DNA from: Oscillospiraceae bacterium
GTDB lineage: Bacteria > Bacillota > Clostridia > Oscillospirales > Oscillospiraceae
Length of the DNA stretch: 64,000 bases
NCBI GenBank assembly: GCA_016292255.1
Contig: JAEEZZ010000139.1
Location: forward strand, 171-64,170
Reading direction: 5' to 3'
Both the position numbers and the translations under genes were made by a program. Below the pieces are notes generated by a model that was given only the letters and a program-made list of their open reading frames with translations, was not told the DNA's origin and did not search any database. Below are positions 54,113 to 61,034 of the stretch, one piece after another (positions within the stretch are counted from its first letter, which is position 1; each line of letters begins with the position of its first letter).

Positions 54113-55195
54113 TCAGCCGGCGATGGGGCTTTGGGAGATCCCGGGCTCCAGCGCCAGATCCGGATTCATCGCCCGAGCCAGCCAGCAGATGAAGACGCTG
54201 CGGGGCAGGGGATCGGAGGGACGGAACAGGAAATCGCTGCCCCGTTCCAGAATGCCCTTGGAGCAGCCCCAGTTGACAGCCTTGTAGTAATACTGATCGG
54301 GGCCGACGTCGGTATATGCCTGGGGCAGGCCCGTGGCGTCGCCCTTCATGGCCTTGAAGAGCACGGCGGCCACCTGGTCCCGGGTCATGGAATTGTTGGG
54401 ATTGAACAGGCCTTCCCCCGAGCCGGAGACAAGATGGATGCTGTAGGCCCAGAGGACAGCGGGATAGCAGCTGTCGGAGGCGGTAATATCCGTGAAGGGC
54501 ATTTCCGTCTGCAGGGGAGCCGGTCTGCCGAAGACCTTCCAAAGCAGCTCCATGACCTCGCCCCGGGTGAGGATCTGATCGCCGTTCAGCCGATCGCCGG
54601 ATATGACGCCGTTGGTGTAGGCCCAGAGGTACTCGTTGTAGCAGGGGTCGTCCTCGCTCACGTCCAGGAACGGATTGCCGGGGGCGGCCTCGGTGGCCGG
54701 GGCGGTAGGCGCTTCCGTGGCAGTGGCGACAGTCACAGGGGGCTGGGTAGCCGGTACGGTGGCGATGGTTTCCGGAGCGGTGGGCGCTTCCGTGGCATTG
54801 GCCGTGGCTGTGGTTGGCGCAGGCTCCTGCTTGTCGTTGAGGAAGCCGGGCCACACAAAGCAGGCCACAGCTCCCAGCCCGGCCAGAAGCAGAACGACCA
54901 GGCCTATGATCAGACCGGCCTTGCTCTTTTTCGGCGCCGGCTGCTGCCAGTTCTGATTCGGCTGCTTCCAGCCCTGATCCTGCTGCCAGCCCTGATCCTG
55001 CTGCTGCCAGCCTTGATCCTGCTGCTGCCAGCCTTGATCCTGCTGATAAGAATATTGGTTCTGGAATTGCTCCTGGGGAGCTTGGTACGCCTCATCCTGC
55101 GAGGCGGACTCCGTGTTGATCTCCTGCCCGCATTTCGGGCAGAATCTGCCGAAATCCGGAAGCGGATTGCCGCAGTTGGGACAGAAGCTTGCCAT
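54113..55195 (-). CDS. Zinc-ribbon, Gln/Trp-repeat, TM, Thr/Ala/Pro linker, 3x SLH-like domain protein
   Basis: I used the start MASFCPNCGNPLPDFGRFCPKCG (ATG at 55195, AAGGAGGG upstream). QDQGW repeats are followed by a TM (GLIIGLVVLLLAGLGAVACFVW) and three repeats of the type F.D(V/I)....(C)Y..(V)LWAY...(I/V)SG...F.P....TR.(E/Q)V..(L)(L/F)(W/K). Confidence 0.75.
   Translation of the reverse strand: MASFCPNCGNPLPDFGRFCPKCGQEINTESASQDEAYQAPQEQFQNQYSYQQDQGWQQQDQGWQQQDQGWQQDQGWKQPNQNWQQPAPKKSKAGLIIGLVVLLLAGLGAVACFVWPGFLNDKQEPAPTTATANATEAPTAPETIATVPATQPPVTVATATEAPTAPATEAAPGNPFLDVSEDDPCYNEYLWAYTNGVISGDRLNGDQILTRGEVMELLWKVFGRPAPLQTEMPFTDITASDSCYPAVLWAYSIHLVSGSGEGLFNPNNSMTRDQVAAVLFKAMKGDATGLPQAYTDVGPDQYYYKAVNWGCSKGILERGSDFLFRPSDPLPRSVFICWLARAMNPDLALEPGISQSPIAG
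54968..55045 (-). repeat. In-frame 18/21-nt tandem repeats (encode the QDQGWQQ(Q) units)
   Basis: On the plus strand: CCAGCCCTGATCCTGCTG / CCAGCCCTGATCCTGCTGCTG / CCAGCCTTGATCCTGCTGCTG / CCAGCCTTGATCCTGCTG. Confidence 0.85.
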
Positions 55196-55334
55196 GATGA
55201 CCCTCCTTATCGATTGATTTGCATTCATCATACTACAGATCCGTTCATTTCGCAAGACCATTTCCGTCAAACAGAGGATTTCTATTAAAAAATTATATTT
55301 ATGCAAAAAATAACTATACTTTTTCAGATAAATC

Positions 55335-55343
55335 TGATATAAT
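55335..55343 (+). promoter_or_regulatory. Extended -10 element upstream of the large SLH protein gene
   Basis: TGATATAAT matches TGnTATAAT. It lies about 45 nt upstream of the start codon in an AT-rich divergent intergenic region. Confidence 0.4.
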
Positions 55344-55389
55344 GAAACCGGGATTACTCGCGATGACAGGATAAAAAGGAGGTAAACTC

Positions 55390-58300
55390 GTGATGAAACG
55401 GAAGCTGATAACATTTCTGGTGATTCTTTGTATGCTGGCCTCACTGGTTCCTGCAATTCCTGCGGCGCAGGCGGCGGGGTCAAATATGATTCGTGTCTGC
55501 TATGACACCGGCTTTGGCTGTGTGTTCTGGTCAAAGGGCAACACGAATCCCACGGACAGCGCAGACGACTTTGCCTGCGACAACGAGCCGTTCTCTGTGA
55601 ACAGCACCACGCAGATCCGCCTGTGGATCGATCCCACCCGGGCAGTAGATCGCTGGCGCTGGGAGGAGGACAACGAGCTGGTGTTCATGGAGCCCATTTA
55701 TGCGGAGGATCGCAACATCTACGTCCGCGTGCGCTATCCCATGAGCAACGGCGACTGGTACGACGAATTGGTCGTGGATAAGGGCGTGGCCGTCAAAACC
55801 GGCTACACCTTCAAAAACAACATTCTGAGCTTCAAGGCGACGGAGGCCGACGGATCGGTGGACGTCGACATCTACTGGACGGATTCCGACTTTGCCTACA
55901 TGAGCTTCTGGCCCGAGGACGGCGAGATCATGGTAGACTACGGCTGGAACGGCGTGGAGCAACCGGTGCTGGCGGAGGAAGCCGCCGTGACCCGGGAGAT
56001 GTCCCAGCCGGATCGCTGCCGGCGTCGGGTGATCGTGCCCGCTTCCACCCAGAGCGTGAGCTTCAGCTGGAACAGCCATCTGCAGCGCATCTGGGGTGAC
56101 AACGTCAACCACGACGATCAGTGGGGCGATCTGACCCATCTTCCCGACAACGAGTTCACCCTCTACCTGGACGGCACCGACGGCGGGGAGCACCCCAGAA
56201 ACTGCTACAACATCGGCTTTGACTTTGCCCAGGACTGGAACTATCTCTTCTCCGTGGACTACGACATGAACGGCGGCCTGGTGTTCCAGACCGTGGGCGG
56301 CGGCACTCCCACTGCCACGGCGGACTGCTTCCTGCCCCGGCGGGGAGACGAGCGGGAGTCCTGGCCCTCTGAGCGCAGCTTTGCCGGCGCCGACGGAGCG
56401 GAGACCATCCGCCTGCTCTTTGACGAAACCAAGGCGATCGATTGGGAGGCCTGGGACAGAGAAGAGCCGGAGCTGCAATTCGTGGAGCCCTGGCACAACG
56501 ACGACCGGGTCATTTCCGTGATCGCCCGCTACAACGACGACGACGGCTGGAAAGAGGAAGCTCTGGTGGAGTATGGCGTGCCGGTGACAGGGGTCAGCTT
56601 TGCGGACAATGTCCTGAGCTATACCCCCGCAAGCGGCTTCGACGTGGAATTTTCCGTCTTCTGGACGCGGGACGACTATGAATTCTACCACTTCGTCGGC
56701 ACCGAGGAAAAGCCGGTGATGGTAGAGGTGAACTGGTGGGGAGACGGAGCCGTCAATCTGACGGACCCCATCGACCCGGCGGATACGATGATCCGCGACG
56801 GCCGTATGCGGATCCGGGTGGCGGAGGACGTGGAAAGCCTCACCTTCACCTGGAACGAGGACGACGAGCTGCGGCAAATCAATGTGGACGGCCTGGGCGA
56901 GGGCGGCCAGTGGCTCAGCATTATGCACCCCGAAGGCAACAGCTATACCCTGCAGCTGGACCAGACCTGGGACGACGGCCAACCGAAGGACTGGTACAAC
57001 ATCCAGTTCGAGTTTGAGGGCGGCGGCGAGTCCATGGCCATGGCCTTCTATGACCAGAACAAGGGCAGCATCTTCTGGGCGCTGGGGGACGATACCCCCG
57101 CGGCTGACGCCGCACACTACCTGAACTTCGGCTTTGACGGCGCGATCTGCTTCAAGCAGGACGGCCAGCTCCTGCCCATCCATCTGCTCTTTGACGGCAG
57201 CAAGGGCCTGGATTTTGACTACTACGATCAGCATAACGGCGCGATTCGCTTTGTGGATTCCACCGTGCCGGAGGAAGACCGGATCGTGGGCGTCTACGCG
57301 GTGAGCAGCTGGTGCGAGGGCCCTGTGTTCTGGGACGGCGAAGTCACCGAAAACGGCGCAGCGCAGGGAGTCAGCTATGAAAACGGCGTCCTGAGCTTCC
57401 AGCCCACAAACAGCAGCGACCTGATGCTCCACGTCTATTGGACCCAGGCGGACGCGGACTACGACGGCTTCCAGGGCACAGAGGAATGCCCGGTGATCGT
57501 GGAGTACCGCTGGTGGAACAACGGGGAGATCCCCATTCCCGAGGGCGTCTCTGAGGAGAATTATACCGCCTATTCGGGCGGCGGCATGGCCCGGGTCCGT
57601 GTGCCCCTGGAGCAGGAAAGCATCACCTTTACCTGGGCGGAGGAGTACGGCGTCCACCGGATCGGCTATTCCGTCCGCAGCGAGGAGGGGGAGGATTGGA
57701 TCGACTTTGAAGTGGATCAGTCCCAGCCCCACAGCTTCACCCTGGAGCTGAACCAGACGGAGATGTTCGACGGCCACGTGGAGCCCTGCACCTGGTACCA
57801 GGTGGAGTTTGAATTCTTTGAAGACAGCAGATACCAGCTCTGGATCAACTGGCGGGAGTCCGAGGGCAACGTCTACTTCGGCCTGAACGAGGCGCCTCCC
57901 CCGGTGGAGGACAGCGCCACCTACGATCTGGAGCGCTACTACGCCCACAGCAACGGCCAAGCCCCGATTTTTGCCACTCTGGATGAGAACGGCGACCCCG
58001 AGATCGGCAAGGTCTACCTGCGGCTGGATCCCACCCACAGCGTCAACTACTTCAACGATGCGCTCACCATGTACGATCTGGGCGCCTGGGAGGGCTACTC
58101 CCCCACGATCTATATGGAATACCCCCTGGAGGGAGCGCTGGGAGAATGGTTCGAGGGCCCCGTGGTGGTGGACGGCCGGGCCGTGTCCGACTTCGTCACC
58201 TTCGAAGACGACGTGCTTTCCTTCACCCCCATCAACGAGCAGCCGGTCATCATCCATATCCTCTGGAGCCATGAGGACGAGGCCTTCTGGGACTTCGATA

Positions 58301-59193
58301 CCACCCCGGAGAAGCCTGTGATGGTGGAGCTGATGCTGGGCGCTCGCGTCCCGGTGCAGCTTCCCGCGGATCTTCCCGCCGAGGACGTCCATATCTGGCA
58401 CGCGGCGGAGCACGACTACGTCCGGATCCGCGTCCCCGCCGACCGGGAGAGCGTGAAGATCACCTGGCCGAGAGTCGGCATCGTGGCCCTGATCGAGGAG
58501 GACGGCGCCGGAGAGAACGGCGAGCCCCTGCGTGTCAACTTCCCCACGGAGCGCGCCTATGAGATCCGCTTGAATCAGCAGAATTGGGACGGCAGCCCCC
58601 GGGAGTTCTACTCCGCCGTGTTCTGGGGCTATGGCTGGCAGGAGAATCCCTTCGAGGACGTAGCGGATAACGCGTGGTATCACGAGGCAGTCTGCTTCGC
58701 GGTGAGCATGGGCATCACCTCCGGCACCTCTCCCACGACCTTCTCGCCGGATAATACCCTGAAGCGCTGCGAGTTTATCACCTTCCTCTGGGCCGCCGCG
58801 GGCCGTCCGGAGCCGACCATTACCGAATGTCCCTTCGAGGACGTAGCGGACAACGCCTGGTATCGGAGGCCTGTCCTCTGGGCGCTGGAGAACCACATTA
58901 CCAGCGGCACCTCGGCCACCACCTTCGGCTCTGACGATCCCTGCACCCGCGCCCAGGTGATGATGCTTCTGTGGCGGGTCGGCGGCTCCCAGGAGCCCGA
59001 AAGCCAGGACTGCCCCTTTGACGACGTTAAGGACGGCATCTGGTACAGGAAGGCAGTCTGCTGGGCAGTGGAGCAGGGGATCACCGCCGGCACCACAGCC
59101 AACACCTTCAGCCCGGACGCCTCCTGCACCCGCGCCATGGCGGTGATGTTCCTCTTCCGTCAGACGCTGAACACCTGGCGCGACGGCGAATAA
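55390..59193 (+). CDS. Large acidic Trp-rich cell-wall protein: signal peptide, four tandem copies of an unknown module of about 265 aa, and three C-terminal SLH domains
   Basis: 1267-aa ORF. The start is GTG at 55390 or ATG at 55393, after AAGGAGG. The signal peptide is KLITFLVILCMLASLVPAIPAAQA. Modules are approximately 55486-56235, 56236-57027, 57028-57825 and 57826-58638. The SLH region (58645-59169) has three repeats of F(E/D)DV.D..WY...V.WA...GIT(S/A)GT....F.P. Confidence 0.85.
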   Translation: MMKRKLITFLVILCMLASLVPAIPAAQAAGSNMIRVCYDTGFGCVFWSKGNTNPTDSADDFACDNEPFSVNSTTQIRLWIDPTRAVDRWRWEEDNELVFMEPIYAEDRNIYVRVRYPMSNGDWYDELVVDKGVAVKTGYTFKNNILSFKATEADGSVDVDIYWTDSDFAYMSFWPEDGEIMVDYGWNGVEQPVLAEEAAVTREMSQPDRCRRRVIVPASTQSVSFSWNSHLQRIWGDNVNHDDQWGDLTHLPDNEFTLYLDGTDGGEHPRNCYNIGFDFAQDWNYLFSVDYDMNGGLVFQTVGGGTPTATADCFLPRRGDERESWPSERSFAGADGAETIRLLFDETKAIDWEAWDREEPELQFVEPWHNDDRVISVIARYNDDDGWKEEALVEYGVPVTGVSFADNVLSYTPASGFDVEFSVFWTRDDYEFYHFVGTEEKPVMVEVNWWGDGAVNLTDPIDPADTMIRDGRMRIRVAEDVESLTFTWNEDDELRQINVDGLGEGGQWLSIMHPEGNSYTLQLDQTWDDGQPKDWYNIQFEFEGGGESMAMAFYDQNKGSIFWALGDDTPAADAAHYLNFGFDGAICFKQDGQLLPIHLLFDGSKGLDFDYYDQHNGAIRFVDSTVPEEDRIVGVYAVSSWCEGPVFWDGEVTENGAAQGVSYENGVLSFQPTNSSDLMLHVYWTQADADYDGFQGTEECPVIVEYRWWNNGEIPIPEGVSEENYTAYSGGGMARVRVPLEQESITFTWAEEYGVHRIGYSVRSEEGEDWIDFEVDQSQPHSFTLELNQTEMFDGHVEPCTWYQVEFEFFEDSRYQLWINWRESEGNVYFGLNEAPPPVEDSATYDLERYYAHSNGQAPIFATLDENGDPEIGKVYLRLDPTHSVNYFNDALTMYDLGAWEGYSPTIYMEYPLEGALGEWFEGPVVVDGRAVSDFVTFEDDVLSFTPINEQPVIIHILWSHEDEAFWDFDTTPEKPVMVELMLGARVPVQLPADLPAEDVHIWHAAEHDYVRIRVPADRESVKITWPRVGIVALIEEDGAGENGEPLRVNFPTERAYEIRLNQQNWDGSPREFYSAVFWGYGWQENPFEDVADNAWYHEAVCFAVSMGITSGTSPTTFSPDNTLKRCEFITFLWAAAGRPEPTITECPFEDVADNAWYRRPVLWALENHITSGTSATTFGSDDPCTRAQVMMLLWRVGGSQEPESQDCPFDDVKDGIWYRKAVCWAVEQGITAGTTANTFSPDASCTRAMAVMFLFRQTLNTWRDGE

Positions 59194-59229
59194 ACGCCGC
59201 GCTGAAACGGCAGTAACTTGAAACCTAAC

Positions 59230-59267
59230 AAAACCCCCAAAAATCAGCTTTGATTTTTGGGGGTTTT
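59230..59267 (+). terminator. Rho-independent terminator
   Basis: AAAACCCCCAAAAATCA-GCTT-TGATTTTTGGGGGTTTT, a 17-bp perfect stem. Confidence 0.85.
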
Positions 59268-59344
59268 GAACATGGAAAAGCAATAAAAAATTTTGTATAA
59301 TCTTACTATTATCCTTGGAATACGGAACGAAAGGGGAGTGCGCC

Positions 59345-60703
59345 ATGTATATCCTTGCCAATGGCAGACTGATCACCCGGGATCCTGCGCTGGGCTATCT
59401 CAAGGACGGCGGCGTCGTCATCCGGGGCCGGAGCATTCTGGATCGGGGCACCACTACCGCGCTGCGAGCCAAATATCCCGAGGCGGAGTTCCTGGACGCC
59501 CGGGGCGGCGTCATCATGCCCGCCTTTATCAACGCTCACACCCATATCTATTCCGCCCTGGCCCGGGGCCTTTCCATCAAGGGCTGCAACGCTTCGAATT
59601 TCTATGAGGTGCTGGACGGCCTGTGGTGGGCCATCGACCGGAAGCTGACGCTGGAGGGCACGAAGGCCTCCGCCGACGCGCTGATGATCGACTGCATCAA
59701 GCAGGGCGTCACCACGATCTTTGATCACCACGCCTCCTACGGGGAGATCCCCGGCAGTCTGCATACCATCGCGGCGTCCGCCAGGCGCTTCGGCCTCCGG
59801 GCCTGCCTCTGCTATGAGGTCTCCGACCGGGACGGGGAGGAGAAAGCCCTCCAGGCGGTGCAGGAGAACGCCGACTTTATCAGCGAATGTGAGCGGGAGA
59901 AGGATCCCATGCTGGCTGCCATGTTCGGCGGCCACGCCCTGTTCACCATCTCCGATAAGACCTTCGACCGGATGGTGGCCGCCAACAACGGCAGGACCGG
60001 CTACCATATCCACGTCTCCGAGGGGATGAACGACGTGTACGACAGCCTGCAAAGCTATGGCCGCCGTCCGGTGCAGCGCCTCCACGACCACGGCATCCTG
60101 GGCCCCAAGACCATTCTGGGCCACTGCATCCACGTCAATTCCGCCGAGATCGAGCTGATCCAAAACACCGATACCATGGTGGTCAACAACCCCGAGTCCA
60201 ACATGGGCAACGCCGTGGGCACCTGCCCGGTGCTCCAGCTCTACAAAAACGGCGTGCTTCTGGGCCTGGGCACCGACGCCTATACCAACGATATGCTGGA
60301 GTCCGTCAAGGCTGCCCTCTGCGCCCAGCGGCAGAACGCCTGCCTGCCCAACGTGGGCTGGTGCGAGGTCACGGATATGCTCTTCCGCAACAACGCCAAA
60401 ATCGGGGCCAGGTATTTCCCGGACGAGCTGGGCGTGCTGAAGCCGGGGGCTGCCGCCGACGTGATCGTCATGGACTACAAGCCCTTCACCCCCTTCTCCG
60501 ACGCCAACATCGACGGCCACATCCTCTTCGGCATGACGGGCCGCCAGTGCCAGACCACCATTGCCGCAGGTCGGATCCTGATGAAGGACCGGGAGCTGGT
60601 AGGGATCGACGAGGAGGCCGAGAACGCCCATATCCTCGAAGCGTCCCGCAAGCTCTGGGGGGATCTGAACGGCTGCGCCTACAACGCGGAGGGCGAACGG
60701 TAG
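59345..60703 (+). CDS. ssnA: SsnA-type amidohydrolase (chlorohydrolase/aminohydrolase family)
   Basis: I used the start MYILANGRLITRD (ATG at 59345). PAFINAHTHIYSALARG...DGLWWAID...IFDHHAS...HVSEG...LGHCIH...LGTDA are motifs of the amidohydrolase superfamily. The gene is adjacent to ygfK, as in E. coli ygfK-ssnA. Confidence 0.8.
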   Translation: MYILANGRLITRDPALGYLKDGGVVIRGRSILDRGTTTALRAKYPEAEFLDARGGVIMPAFINAHTHIYSALARGLSIKGCNASNFYEVLDGLWWAIDRKLTLEGTKASADALMIDCIKQGVTTIFDHHASYGEIPGSLHTIAASARRFGLRACLCYEVSDRDGEEKALQAVQENADFISECEREKDPMLAAMFGGHALFTISDKTFDRMVAANNGRTGYHIHVSEGMNDVYDSLQSYGRRPVQRLHDHGILGPKTILGHCIHVNSAEIELIQNTDTMVVNNPESNMGNAVGTCPVLQLYKNGVLLGLGTDAYTNDMLESVKAALCAQRQNACLPNVGWCEVTDMLFRNNAKIGARYFPDELGVLKPGAAADVIVMDYKPFTPFSDANIDGHILFGMTGRQCQTTIAAGRILMKDRELVGIDEEAENAHILEASRKLWGDLNGCAYNAEGER

Positions 60704-60734
60704 GGGGCGGCGTCCCCGACGCCCCGTCTGTCAA

Positions 60735-60952
60735 AAAGTTGAAAGTTGAAACTGGAAAGTTGAAAGTGGAGGTATCGTTCAAATTGCGATTTGAACGATG
60801 AATGGATAAACGGATGATTTCAGAATACTTTTTCGTTGATTTGAAAATAGCTTGCCCATTCGCGTGAGCTTCTCCTATATCCGTCGTTTCATTTCTGTTT
60901 TTCAAATGGCAATTTGAAAAACTCCACCATTTTCAACTTTCAACTTTCAATT
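60735..60952. repeat. AT-rich palindromic insert (MITE-like or large structured element) between ssnA and ygfK
   Basis: The left arm is AAGTTGAAAGTTGAAACTGGAAAGTTGAAAGTGGAGGTATCGTTCAAATTGCGATTTGAACG. The reverse complement of the right arm is AATTGAAAGTTGAAAGTTGAAAATGGTGGAGTTTTTCAAATTGCCATTTGAAAA. Each arm carries its own perfect 9-bp hairpin (60776-60797 and 60899-20). The composition contrasts sharply with the flanking GC-rich genes. Confidence 0.55.
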
Positions 60953-61034
60953 ATCAATTCGATTGATTCCGCAGTCAGCGATGCGACTTTGCCGCACCCT
61001 TACTCCCCCAATCACATGGACAGGAGGAATCCCT

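Noticed and set aside
49892-55288. ORFs 49892-51601(+), 52341-53561(-), 53568-54854(-) and 53837-55288(+)
   Set aside because: They are antisense or off-frame relative to the histidine kinase, the Na/Pi cotransporter and the zinc-ribbon SLH protein. They have no motifs and an Arg/Gly/His-rich composition.
55531-59376. 1281-aa minus-strand ORF opposite the large SLH protein gene
   Set aside because: It gives an Arg/Gly/Ala/His/Val-rich nonsense-like sequence. The plus-strand frame has a signal peptide, an internal 4x module structure and SLH domains.
60735-60952. GTTGAAAG/GTTGAAAC repeats reminiscent of CRISPR repeat termini
   Set aside because: There are only short heptamer reiterations arranged as inverted arms of one palindromic element. 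There is no regular repeat-spacer periodicity and there are no cas genes, so this is not a CRISPR array.
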